Shown: piece after piece, positions 27,811-37,194 of the stretch | Numbering within the stretch: position 1 is the stretch's first letter | How the letters are laid out: each line of letters starts with the position of its first letter | Assembly (NCBI GenBank): GCA_035530855.1 | Contig: DATKUA010000037.1 | Coordinates: 30,333-94,332, forward strand | Reading direction: 5' to 3' | Length of the DNA: 64,000 bases | DNA from: Acidobacteriota bacterium | Lineage (GTDB): Bacteria > Acidobacteriota > DATKUA01 | Made by a program: the position numbers and the translations under genes | The notes under the pieces: generated by a model | What the model saw: only the letters and a program-made list of their open reading frames with translations | Told to the model about the DNA's origin: nothing | The model's database searches: none

Positions 27811-28381
27811 CCGCGAGAGAGGAGAGGGGATGGAAGGCGATGTTTATTTCGAACTTGTTCCCCGTCGCGCTCACGATGTCGACGCCTGTTACCAGCACCT
27901 CGGCCGCAAGTTCGTCGAGAAACCTGTTCAGGTTTTCGTCCGTTGCCTCGCCCTTCACAGTGAATTCGAGCATACTCTCGGATTCGGAGGTTTTCTGTCT
28001 GATCTCGTCGATTATCACGTCAGGCCTGTTCTGTTGCGCTATATAGAGGTAAAAAACGGCATACAGCGGTGTGCGGAGGTTGTTCTTCAGATCGCTGAGC
28101 ACATCGAGCCGCAGAGCGAGCTTCTCACGCTCAAGCTCCAGGCGATCAACAAGCTCCTTGATGCTCTTGAGGCGTTCCCTTTCTGCCGACGCCGCCCTGG
28201 TCTGAGTGTCAAGATCCGCCTTCCTGCCCTGGATGTCGAACCACAGCCACGCCCCCACCGCCACCGTCAGCAGGAAGATTGCGAGGAAGCCCAGTTGTTT
28301 TACTGTTTCCGAAGGAGCCGCCTTCGCTGCCGGCCTTCGCTCCTTGCGGCGTTCTCTGCGGAGCAGGTTGATGCGGATCAT
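27767..28381 (-). CDS. pilN: Type IV pilus assembly protein PilN
   Basis: The N-terminal 'IRINLLRRERRKER' is the PilN INLLP-type motif. A TM segment and a coiled coil follow. Confidence 0.8.
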   Translation of the reverse strand: MIRINLLRRERRKERRPAAKAAPSETVKQLGFLAIFLLTVAVGAWLWFDIQGRKADLDTQTRAASAERERLKSIKELVDRLELEREKLALRLDVLSDLKNNLRTPLYAVFYLYIAQQNRPDVIIDEIRQKTSESESMLEFTVKGEATDENLNRFLDELAAEVLVTGVDIVSATGNKFEINIAFHPLSSLAGEEGQGSAEGEAGG

Positions 28382-29445
28382 CAGTCTTCCTCCACGCGGA
28401 CAGACAGTCCAACGGCTACCGTGAAGTTGACCGCCTGGTCGCGGATGTACTCGACGTCAAACTGTTTGGAGTTAACGCTTATGTTGCGGAAAGGATCCAT
28501 CACCTCAACTGCCGTGTTGAGTCGCGCGCCGAGCAGGTCCACCAGCCCCGGCGTGCTGGCGGCGCCGCCGCTGACCAGCACCCGATCCAGGGTTCCGATT
28601 TCGGAGCTGCCGAGGTAGAAGTCGAAGGTCTTGGCGATCATTTCGACCACCTCCTCGGTTGCTCGATCGAGCACCGGGACCACCGCATCCGGGGATGCGC
28701 CCTCCACATCGAAGCCGCGCTTGGCGTCCTCGGCCTGCTCGACTCCCAGGCCGAGACTGCGCTGTAATGCTTCGGTGTGGCGATTGCCGCCTGTCATGAT
28801 GTCTCTCCAGAAGGAGGTCTTCCCCCGCTCGATAATATTGATGCTGGTGACGCTCGCACCGATATTTACCAAGCCTATGCTCTCTTCCTTGAGATCGGGA
28901 TAGTTGATTTCGAAGCAGTTCTGAATCGCGAACACGTCCACATCGACAAGCACTGTGCTCTTGCCGACCTGGCTGATGACGCTGGTGTAGTCGTTAACCT
29001 TCTCTTTCTTTACGGCGACGAGAACCACATCCATCGAGCCCTCTTCCTGCGCGTCGCCGAGCGGATGGTAATCGACCATCACCTCGTCAATCTCGAACGG
29101 AATGTACTGCTCCGCTTCCCACTGGATCGAATCCTTCAGTTCGCTTTCGCTCATCTGGGGTACTGTAATCTTCTTGATGATTACCGAATTACCCGCCAAC
29201 GAGATCGCGACATCACCTATCCTACTTTTCAAATCGCGCAGCAGTCGATCAAGTACATCGATCACGGCCACCGAGTCGATGATGTCGCCCTCGACAATCA
29301 CTTGGGGCGCAACGGGCTCAAGGGCAATCTTCTCCAGATCATAGGAGATATTGGCTCCTTTGCCGGAATGCTTCAGGAGGACCGCTTTGATCGCGTGCGA
29401 TCCAATATCGATCCCGAGAAACCTTTTCCGCCTTCCAAAAAACAT
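28381..29445 (-). CDS. pilM: Type IV pilus assembly ATPase-fold protein PilM (actin-like)
   Basis: 'LGIDIGSHAIKAVLL' is the actin/FtsA-like phosphate-1 motif. I placed the start at the internal ATG ('MFFGRRKRF') because a GGAGGG ribosome-binding site lies 5 nt upstream. The longer ORF in the track would overlap the HTH gene. Confidence 0.85.
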   Translation of the reverse strand: MFFGRRKRFLGIDIGSHAIKAVLLKHSGKGANISYDLEKIALEPVAPQVIVEGDIIDSVAVIDVLDRLLRDLKSRIGDVAISLAGNSVIIKKITVPQMSESELKDSIQWEAEQYIPFEIDEVMVDYHPLGDAQEEGSMDVVLVAVKKEKVNDYTSVISQVGKSTVLVDVDVFAIQNCFEINYPDLKEESIGLVNIGASVTSINIIERGKTSFWRDIMTGGNRHTEALQRSLGLGVEQAEDAKRGFDVEGASPDAVVPVLDRATEEVVEMIAKTFDFYLGSSEIGTLDRVLVSGGAASTPGLVDLLGARLNTAVEVMDPFRNISVNSKQFDVEYIRDQAVNFTVAVGLSVRVEED

Positions 29446-29473
29446 ATGCCCTCCGGTTGCTGCCGCCCCCCCT

Positions 29474-29671
29474 TTACCGCCTCTTAACCTGTTCCGCCGG
29501 AATGCGCCTGTTCTTATACTCAAGGCATTGCTTCACGTGCTTCTCAGACCAGATGCGGTAATTTTTGTAGTCTCGGTCGGGTTCGTTGATGATCCCTTTC
29601 TTTAGCCAGCTATAAATTGTCTTCTTCGACACACCGACCTTCTCCGCAACTTCAGAAGTTGTATAGGCCAC
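29474..29671 (-). CDS. Small excisionase/MerR-type HTH DNA-binding protein (HTH_17-like), 65 aa, immediately upstream of pilM
   Basis: 'YTTSEVAEKVGVSKKTIYSWLKKGII' is a canonical HTH. It has a GTG start with a GGGAGGG ribosome-binding site 8 nt upstream. The gap to pilM is 28 nt. Confidence 0.6.
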   Translation of the reverse strand: MAYTTSEVAEKVGVSKKTIYSWLKKGIINEPDRDYKNYRIWSEKHVKQCLEYKNRRIPAEQVKRR

Positions 29672-30050
29672 TATGCGCCCTCCCGCGGGCTTAACCCGCT
29701 AGCCTAGAGGATAACGCTTCTCTCGACTTACCTATTTGGCACTTGTCGAGAACCAACTTATATCGATGTCTATACTCAAGGATGGAAGTCATAATACTAG
29801 AGTGTACTGCCTGCAAGGGGGGAAGTCAACGATTCCAAGCCGTAACTTACTGATATTATTGAAGTTACAGCATCTTGCGGAAATGTCCATCGGGCGCCAC
29901 TAGATATTGTAGAATTTACTTTCAAAAATAACTAGATCTCGCCCCCGCCCAAAATCACCAGAGAGGGGATACCCGAAAATATTTCTACAATTTACTTTAA
30001 GTGAGCTCGCTCTGGCGCACCGCCGAGCCAAACTGTATACTCACCGACCT

Positions 30051-31166
30051 ATGAAATTCGAGATCACAGGACAAGACGGCACGACCGCGGCGCGCTGCGG
30101 TTTGCTCTCAACCGCCCACGGCTCCGTGCAGACGCCGGTGTTCATGCCTGTCGGCACTCAGGGCTCCGTCAAGGCGATGGATCCGGAAATCCTGCGAGAT
30201 CTCGGCTGCGAAATCATCCTGGGCAATACCTACCACCTTTCCATGCGCCCCGGAGTCGAGCTCATCGAATCGCTGGGTGGGCTTCACAGCTTCGTCGGTT
30301 GGACGGGATCAATCCTGACCGACAGCGGCGGCTTTCAGATCTACAGCATGAGCGGTCGACACAAGGTCAGTGAGGAGGGCGTGGGTTTCCAGTCGCACAT
30401 CGACGGTGCAAAACACGTCATATCACCCGAGGACTGCGTCCGAATTCAGCAGGGCTTTGGCAGCGACATCATCATGGTCCTCGATCACTGCCTACCCTAC
30501 CCCTCATCCCTGCCTCTGACGAAGGAAGCGATGGAGTTGACCTGCCGCTGGGCCAAGCGAAGCGCTGAAGAACATCGCCGTCTCGGATCGGAGCTCGCCT
30601 TGTTTGCCATCCAGCAGGGAGGCTTCGACAAGGACCTGCGCCGCATTTGTTCCGAGCGTCTGACCGATATCGGTTTTGACGGGTACGCCGCCGGGGGTCT
30701 CAGCGTCGGCGAGCCACGCGACCTATTCACTCAGACCGCTTCCCTCGCCGTCGAGATGCTGCCGGAGGACAAACCTCGATACCTGATGGGTGTGGGGCCG
30801 CCCGAGGACCTGCTCGAGATGATCGGCCTGGGTTTCGACATGTTCGACTGTGTGATGCCGACGCGCTCGGCCCGCACAGGCCTGCTTTTCACTTCGCGCG
30901 GCAAACTGGTGATCAAGCACACCCGCTATCGCGACGATCCCCGCCCGCTTGATCCCGACTGCGGGTGCTCGGTCTGCAGCAGGTTCAGCCGTGCTTACCT
31001 GCGCCATCTCTTCGTCTCCGGAGAGATCCTCAGCTCGATTCTTAACACGCACCACAATCTGCATTTTTTCCTCAATCTGATGGCCGGAGCCCGCGACGCC
31101 GTCAGGGCGGGGGAATTCGATAGTTACAGGAAGAGTTTTTTAGCTGGATATAATGAGGGAGTTTGA
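30051..31166 (+). CDS. tgt: Queuine tRNA-ribosyltransferase
   Basis: It has 'TPVFMPVGTQGSVK', 'DSGGFQ', and the zinc site 'CGCSVCSRFSRAYLRHL'. Confidence 0.92.
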   Translation: MKFEITGQDGTTAARCGLLSTAHGSVQTPVFMPVGTQGSVKAMDPEILRDLGCEIILGNTYHLSMRPGVELIESLGGLHSFVGWTGSILTDSGGFQIYSMSGRHKVSEEGVGFQSHIDGAKHVISPEDCVRIQQGFGSDIIMVLDHCLPYPSSLPLTKEAMELTCRWAKRSAEEHRRLGSELALFAIQQGGFDKDLRRICSERLTDIGFDGYAAGGLSVGEPRDLFTQTASLAVEMLPEDKPRYLMGVGPPEDLLEMIGLGFDMFDCVMPTRSARTGLLFTSRGKLVIKHTRYRDDPRPLDPDCGCSVCSRFSRAYLRHLFVSGEILSSILNTHHNLHFFLNLMAGARDAVRAGEFDSYRKSFLAGYNEGV

Positions 31167-31315
31167 GCGTTCAACGCCTCATTGTCCGTCGGCAATTTTG
31201 CATCAAATCGCAAGGGAATCACGCCCGCTCATGCCTTGACACGCTTGGGGAAATAGGGCACTCTACGACACCGTTTTAATGCGGATTTCCCGCATAACAG
31301 AACAAGGAAAAGAAG

Positions 31316-31684
31316 ATGATGAATCTGACAGACAAACTGGTTGGAACGGTCCTACAAGTCGCGATGGCGCCGTCGGGCGAGGACGGTGGCGGCGGCCTGG
31401 TTTCCATGCTCGTGCTGATGGGTGTCCTCGTCGCGATCTGGTATTTCCTGATCATCGGTCCGGAACGCAAGCGCAAGAAGCAGATGCAGGAAATGATCAA
31501 CCAGCTCAAGCCCGGCGACAAAATCGTTACGGTGGGCGGTATTCACGGCACTGTTTCCGGTCTCACCGAAAAGACTGTGGTTGTGCGCGTTGCCGAGCAA
31601 GTGAAAATCGAGATTAGCAGGCAGGCGGTCGGCACGGTTATCCGTCCCGAGGGACAGGAGACGGCCGTTGCCAACAAGGAGTGA
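31316..31684 (+). CDS. yajC: Preprotein translocase subunit YajC
   Basis: 'LVLMGVLVAIWYFLIIGPERKRKKQMQEMINQLKPGDKIVTVGGIHGTV' matches YajC. The start may be the internal ATG at 31364. Confidence 0.85.
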   Translation: MMNLTDKLVGTVLQVAMAPSGEDGGGGLVSMLVLMGVLVAIWYFLIIGPERKRKKQMQEMINQLKPGDKIVTVGGIHGTVSGLTEKTVVVRVAEQVKIEISRQAVGTVIRPEGQETAVANKE

Positions 31685-31693
31685 GGTTCTGCG

Positions 31694-33370
31694 ATGAAAC
31701 GTTTGCCGTGGGGCCGCATTTTATTCATCCTCTTGATTATTGCAATTTGTGCACTAATCCTCGCATTCAAGCCCATCGTTTACGGCCTCGACTTACAGGG
31801 CGGATCGCATCTGCTGATCCGGATCCATGCCGACGAGGCTGTCGAAAGCGAAGTGGATGATGTATTCGCGGCCGTAAGAAACGCCCTTACAGAAGAAAAT
31901 ATCGCGATCGAGAACGCCAACGATTCGATCATTTTCGATCAAGATATCCTTAATGGATCCCCCTCCTACAAGCAGCTGGCCGACATCGAAAACGAGCGCC
32001 CCTTTATAGAATTCACTCTAACAAGCGCATCAGCAATGACTGCTGCCCAGGAGGCAATCCGCAAGCGTGTGGTTATCGGAGGCCAGGGTAACTGGGACAT
32101 GACCGTTGCCGGGCGAACGATCCGGCTCGATCTTCGCACCGATGCGATCAACAACATCAGGTCCACGACCGTCGAAAACGTTCGGCGATCGATCTCCTAC
32201 CGCATCGACCAGCTCGGTGTCGCTGAGCCGAACATCGTGATTCAAGGCGATCCGACGACCTCGCAGAGAATCCTGATCCAGCTACCAGGGGTTGGAGATC
32301 CCGAGGAGGCGAAGCGCCGTATTCGCACTCCTGGCAAGTTGGAATTCCGCATGGTCGTTTACAATGCTTCAGGCCAGCCATATGAAGCAGTGACCCGTGA
32401 TGACCTGCTTGCTCAATTGGGAGGGGAAGTTCCTGCGGGGACCGAAATGGTACCTGAGTACGAAGAGACCGAGGCCGAAGCCAAGGGCCGCACCCGCGTC
32501 CCTGTACAATGGTATCTACTCAATAAAGAAGCGCCGGTAAACAGCAGCCATCTGGTCGATGCGGAAAAGGGTCGTGACGAGACCAACAATTACACGATCC
32601 ACTTCTCTCTGAACGCAGAGGGCGGCGAGCGCATCCGCTTACTCAGCCGTGCGAACGTCAACAAGCTGTTGGGTACGGTGCTCGACGATGAGGCAATTGT
32701 CGTGGCCAGAATTGAGAGCGAGCTCGGCTCGGAAAGCCGAATCACCGGTCGCTTCACCAGCGACGAAGCCGACAGGCTGGCCTGGCTGCTGAGGACCGGA
32801 TCAGTCCCAACCTCGATGCATTTCGAGGAAGAACGTTCTGTGGGGCCATCCCTGGGAGCGGACTCCATCAGGCTCGGGGTCAACGCTTCGCTCTGGGGGA
32901 TGTTGTTGGTCGCTGTTTTCATGATCCTCTACTATCGCTTCTCCGGCATTCTCGCGCTCTCCGTTCTAGCGTTGAACATCGTGCTGATAATCGCCTTCCT
33001 GGCCTGGTTCGGTGCAGTCCTGACGCTGCCCGGCATCGCGGGGATCATCCTCACCATCGGCATGGCGGTCGACGCCAACGTGCTGATCTTCGAGCGCATT
33101 AAAGAGGAGATCCGCCTCGGCAGGACCATTGCCAGCTCGATCGACGGCGGTTTCAAATCAGCTTTCGGCACAATCTTCGACGCCAACGTGACCACTCTGA
33201 TAGCTGCAGTGTTCCTCTTTCAGTTCGGAACCGGACCGCTTCGCGGCTTCGCCACCACGATCACGATCGGCATTCTCGCGTCGATGTTCACCGCGATCTT
33301 TGTCGCCCGCGTAATCTTCGACTCCATTCTGATGTTGAAGCGCCGGCAGATGACAAAACTGAGCATCTAG
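31694..33370 (+). CDS. secD: Protein translocase subunit SecD
   Basis: It has an N-terminal TM, a large periplasmic domain, and six C-terminal TM helices with 'GIAGIILTIGMAVDANVLIFERIKEE'. Confidence 0.9.
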   Translation: MKRLPWGRILFILLIIAICALILAFKPIVYGLDLQGGSHLLIRIHADEAVESEVDDVFAAVRNALTEENIAIENANDSIIFDQDILNGSPSYKQLADIENERPFIEFTLTSASAMTAAQEAIRKRVVIGGQGNWDMTVAGRTIRLDLRTDAINNIRSTTVENVRRSISYRIDQLGVAEPNIVIQGDPTTSQRILIQLPGVGDPEEAKRRIRTPGKLEFRMVVYNASGQPYEAVTRDDLLAQLGGEVPAGTEMVPEYEETEAEAKGRTRVPVQWYLLNKEAPVNSSHLVDAEKGRDETNNYTIHFSLNAEGGERIRLLSRANVNKLLGTVLDDEAIVVARIESELGSESRITGRFTSDEADRLAWLLRTGSVPTSMHFEEERSVGPSLGADSIRLGVNASLWGMLLVAVFMILYYRFSGILALSVLALNIVLIIAFLAWFGAVLTLPGIAGIILTIGMAVDANVLIFERIKEEIRLGRTIASSIDGGFKSAFGTIFDANVTTLIAAVFLFQFGTGPLRGFATTITIGILASMFTAIFVARVIFDSILMLKRRQMTKLSI

Positions 33371-33379
33371 AGGCAAAAA

Positions 33380-34648
33380 ATGAAGCTTTTACATGGTACA
33401 AAGATAGACTTCCTCGGCAAGAAATGGTTAGCTCTCGGACTGTCTGCGATCCTGACTGTCATATGCATCGTCTATGTGGCTCTCTACGGTCTGCATTTGG
33501 GTATCGATTTCGCAGGGGGAAACCTGATCCACCTCAAATTCCAGGAGGCACCCAAAATCAAGGAGATTCGTCAAACTCTCGCCACTGTCGGCTACGGCAA
33601 GGCCACCCTTCAGGCCGACATCCAGCGCAACGAGGTAATGATCAGGGTTGAGCGTGCGACGACGGAAGAAGGCAGCAACGGTGCGGCACAGGAACAAATA
33701 GTCGATCGCGTTCTTAATGCACTGACCAGTTCCGAGAACCAGAAGCTGACGGAAGAAGGCAAGTATGACATTAATCTTGTCGGCGTTGAAAGAATCACCG
33801 GAATTCTGATGGAAAAGGATCCTCTCGGCTATCAGAGCGAAGAAGACCTTCCCCCAACCATGACTCCGCAGCGCTATGCTCGTACGAAGTACGAGCCCTT
33901 GGCTAAGGCACTGATCGACGAATACCGCGAATCGAAAGACAGTGGGATTTTTACGCAAAAGGATTTTGATGACGCGCTAGCCGCCCTGCCCGTGGAGCGC
34001 AACCGCGAAGCCTTTGAAGCGGCCTTGCGCGAAGCGACCTTCCTCGGCTCTTTCAGCGTGATCAGGACCGAAATGGTAAGCGCCGTAGTTGGCGGAGAGT
34101 TGGCTGAGCAAGCCCTGTGGGCAGTCATCTTCTCTCTTGGAGGCATCCTGGTCTACATTTGGTTCCGCTTCAATCCACGCTTCTCCGTGGCGGCAATCAT
34201 CGCCACAGTGCACGACACGATCTGCACCGTGTGTATCTTCACGATGGTCGGGCGCGAGTTTAATCTTCCCATCGTCGCCGCAGTGTTGACCATCGTCGGT
34301 TACTCGCTCAACGATACGATCGTCATTTTCAGCCGCATTCGCGAGAACCTCAATATCAGACGCCGGGAAGCCAAGGAGGATTATGAGGGAGTGCTCAATG
34401 ACAGTATCAATCAGACGCTCAGCAGAACTCTCCTTACCTCTGGCACCACGCTTATCGTCGTAGTCTTCCTCTTCTTTATGGGCGGATCTGTGATCAACGA
34501 CTTTGCCTTTACCATGATTATCGGCATCGTCGTGGGCACCTATTCGTCGATCTTCGTCGCCAGCCCGGTGCTTTCGATCTGGCAGAAGATCACCGGAACC
34601 GCCGGCGGAGCCCTTGCGAAAACACAACACGCCAAAGTCGGCAGATAA
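33380..34648 (+). CDS. secF: Protein translocase subunit SecF
   Basis: 'IDFAGGNLIHLKF' and 'VHDTICTVCIFTMVGREFNLPIVAAVLTIVGYSLNDTIVIFSRIREN' match SecF. Confidence 0.9.
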   Translation: MKLLHGTKIDFLGKKWLALGLSAILTVICIVYVALYGLHLGIDFAGGNLIHLKFQEAPKIKEIRQTLATVGYGKATLQADIQRNEVMIRVERATTEEGSNGAAQEQIVDRVLNALTSSENQKLTEEGKYDINLVGVERITGILMEKDPLGYQSEEDLPPTMTPQRYARTKYEPLAKALIDEYRESKDSGIFTQKDFDDALAALPVERNREAFEAALREATFLGSFSVIRTEMVSAVVGGELAEQALWAVIFSLGGILVYIWFRFNPRFSVAAIIATVHDTICTVCIFTMVGREFNLPIVAAVLTIVGYSLNDTIVIFSRIRENLNIRRREAKEDYEGVLNDSINQTLSRTLLTSGTTLIVVVFLFFMGGSVINDFAFTMIIGIVVGTYSSIFVASPVLSIWQKITGTAGGALAKTQHAKVGR

Positions 34649-34670
34649 CTCCCCGCTACTTGACAACAAA

Positions 34671-34705
34671 AAAGCCGCCCGAGTTGCTTCGGGCGGCTTT
34701 TTCAA
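34671..34705. terminator. Bidirectional rho-independent terminator between secF (+) and the HEAT-repeat gene (-)
   Basis: A GC-rich stem AGCCGCCCGA/TCGGGCGGCT has a 6-nt loop. It is flanked by an A-run upstream and TTTTTC downstream, so both strands are U-rich after the stem. Confidence 0.7.
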
Positions 34706-34720
34706 AAAATTCTAATTATC

Positions 34721-36358
34721 TTACCGAGTTTGCTCCCTAGCCAGGCTTAGGGCTTTCGCCCGCTCGGGATCGGTCTTCGCGATTAGCTGGAGATAATAAT
34801 TGGCGAGGACTACGTCCTTCTCTCTCTTGTACAACTCCTCAAGCCGCTTCAAGCGCTCTTCACCGAGGATGCGATCGAGCCGCCGAACAATAAACATCTT
34901 GATTCTGAGGTCCGGCGTTTCCTCGAGAATTTCAATAAAGACATCCTGAACTTCCGGCAACTCAACCACAGGCGTCAAGCCTGCCACCAGCTCGGCGGTG
35001 ACCAAGGTAGGTGGTAGCTCGGGCATCTTGAGCATTCCCAAGAGCTCGACCCGGATTTCGGGGATCTCCACGTGGGTCGAGAGAACGCGTATCGCCGACG
35101 AAGTCAGTCTGATCTCGCTCTTGTTTTCGAGCGTGACCTCGAGGATCGCCTTTCGCACATCTTCATCCTGGACGGAGTCGGAGAGTATATTCATAGCGGC
35201 GATCCTGACGCTGACACTGGGATCGGATTTCAGAGTCTTGACAACAAGTTTCTTGACCTTCGGGTCATGCACTTTCGCGGCTATCAGGTTCAAGGCGTGC
35301 AGGCGGATGGTGGGCGCAGGATTCTCAATCAACGATTCCACCAACACATTCTCCTCCTCGATTCTTATCTTTGTCCGGCCCCGAATTCCGTTCATCAATG
35401 CGTACTTGATCGTCGGATTCGGCTCACTTTCGATCCTGCTGACGATTTCGTCTGTCACCTGCTGGCCGGCACCCCTCAAACTCAATCCATCGACCACACT
35501 GATAAGTACCAACGGATCGCTCTCGGTTCTGATCACGCTGACGAATGCTTTCGCGACATCCACATCCTCGAGGTGGGGAGTGAGCGCAGTAGCAGCTGTC
35601 ATTTTTACGAGGCTGTTGCGGTCGGTGGTCAGAGCGTGCGAGAGGGCTCTCCTAACCTCTTCGTTACCCGACATTCCTGCCAGAACCGAGGCGGCCGTCA
35701 TGCGGACGATGTCGTTTCGCGACGTCTCCAGGGCCAGCGCGAGGGCCTGCCTCACCTCATTATCCTGCCGGCGGTTGGCTAACAGACTTGCGATCCTGAT
35801 CTGCTGGAATTGGTCGCCTCCTTCAAGCCCCTTTATGAGCACGAATTTGCCGCTCCAATCACCTACTTCCGCGAGGCTTATTGCCGATTGGACCGCATAG
35901 TAATTGCCGGAGCCGGTCTGCATTTGTTTTACAAGGAAATTATCGTATTCGTCCCCTTTGGTTCGTCGCAGAACTCTGGCGAGATCCATGGCGCGTTCCA
36001 TCGCCCTGCGGTAGGCGTTGCTGCTCCGGTAGTTATCCAACAACTGCTTGTAGCGGCTGAACGCCTGCTGTTTCTGCCCCAAATACTCACGGCAATAACC
36101 CAGATAAAAGAGAGCATCGTCCGCCCGGTGGCTCCCGGGAAACGCCGCCAGAAACGATTCGAATTTCTCTGCAGCCTCAGCGAATCTGTGGCTAAGGAGT
36201 AGTTGACGGGCCTCAATGTAGGCCTGCAGCCCCGGATCCTGATCCGAGACGAGAGTAAAACGAATCTCTTCTGCTGCCGCTGAGATTGCGAAAACGACGA
36301 TGATTAGAACCATGATATGCGGTATCGCTCTGCGCATCGCCGTCACCTCTCTATCCAC
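34721..36358 (-). CDS. Exported HEAT/PBS-lyase-like repeat protein with an N-terminal TPR-like region
   Basis: It has an N-terminal hydrophobic signal or anchor. Repeated 'xxVRxxAAxALxxxxxxE' HEAT-like units recur throughout, for example 'NDIVRMTAASVLAGMSGNEEVRRAL' and 'SVSVRIAAMNILSD'. It overlaps the upstream anti-sigma gene by 16 nt. Confidence 0.6.
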   Translation of the reverse strand: MDREVTAMRRAIPHIMVLIIVVFAISAAAEEIRFTLVSDQDPGLQAYIEARQLLLSHRFAEAAEKFESFLAAFPGSHRADDALFYLGYCREYLGQKQQAFSRYKQLLDNYRSSNAYRRAMERAMDLARVLRRTKGDEYDNFLVKQMQTGSGNYYAVQSAISLAEVGDWSGKFVLIKGLEGGDQFQQIRIASLLANRRQDNEVRQALALALETSRNDIVRMTAASVLAGMSGNEEVRRALSHALTTDRNSLVKMTAATALTPHLEDVDVAKAFVSVIRTESDPLVLISVVDGLSLRGAGQQVTDEIVSRIESEPNPTIKYALMNGIRGRTKIRIEEENVLVESLIENPAPTIRLHALNLIAAKVHDPKVKKLVVKTLKSDPSVSVRIAAMNILSDSVQDEDVRKAILEVTLENKSEIRLTSSAIRVLSTHVEIPEIRVELLGMLKMPELPPTLVTAELVAGLTPVVELPEVQDVFIEILEETPDLRIKMFIVRRLDRILGEERLKRLEELYKREKDVVLANYYLQLIAKTDPERAKALSLAREQTR

Positions 36359-37194
36359 AGCATGGGATTGGTCTTCCTCGCATCCCTGAGGCTCACAACC
36401 CTGGTCCTGAGCTGGTTGAGCCTGTCGAGAAGGTTGCGATCCTGTATGCCTCTCTGCAACGCCTCGATTTCGAACCAGATATCATCTTCACCGCCTTCGA
36501 TGCCGGCGATCTCGCCCACGAACAACTCGAGCTCATTGAAGATCGGTTCGATCTCGATAAAGCGGGGATCGTTGATACTCTCGCGCAGGAGCGAAATCTC
36601 GCTGAGTATCTCGCTCCCCGCCGCCCTGCTGCGTGAAACCAATTCGTTGTTTGAACTCCACTCCTGCGGATCGAGATCCATGAAGTTGCTTATCAGGGTG
36701 CTGGAGCGCTCTAAGGAGGAGTCGGCTACTTCGAAGAAATAATCTCTTTTGCTCTCTTCTATCTCCCTTTCGTACGGCAGGGTAATCGGCGTTTCGTCAG
36801 CCTCATATCGCGCGCCAGAATCTTCAATCCTCTGTTCGCTAATGATTCTTCCGATGAAGATCCCGATAATCAGCATCGCAGCGACAATCACAATCTGCAG
36901 CGCCGGCCTCCAGTTCCAGACCGCGGGGGCTTTCTCACGCCTGCTATTTGCAGTCCGCTCTTCTCTCTCGCGTCGCTGAAATTCAGGCCATACTTTGCGC
37001 CAGAACTCCGGGCCGGGATCCTCAGCCAGCCTGGCTTCGGAAACCACTCCCAGCGTCTCCTGAAGCTCGTTGTATTCTCGCGCCAGTTCCTCGTCGGCGG
37101 CCAGAGCCTCTTCCAATTCGCGCATGGCGACTGGATCGGCCTCGCCGAAGAGCGCCGAGACCATCAAATCTTGCAGTTTATGATGCTTGCTCAT
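36343..37194 (-). CDS. Putative anti-sigma factor (single-pass membrane protein)
   Basis: It overlaps the ECF sigma gene by 17 nt. It has an N-terminal cytoplasmic helical region, one TM ('LQIVIVAAMLIIGIFIGRII'), and an acidic periplasmic domain. Confidence 0.55.
   Translation of the reverse strand: MSKHHKLQDLMVSALFGEADPVAMRELEEALAADEELAREYNELQETLGVVSEARLAEDPGPEFWRKVWPEFQRREREERTANSRREKAPAVWNWRPALQIVIVAAMLIIGIFIGRIISEQRIEDSGARYEADETPITLPYEREIEESKRDYFFEVADSSLERSSTLISNFMDLDPQEWSSNNELVSRSRAAGSEILSEISLLRESINDPRFIEIEPIFNELELFVGEIAGIEGGEDDIWFEIEALQRGIQDRNLLDRLNQLRTRVVSLRDARKTNPMLWIER

Noticed and set aside
28777-29487. 236-aa + strand ORF across pilM
   Set aside because: It is antisense to pilM, which has the clear actin-like phosphate motif. 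It has no ribosome-binding site.
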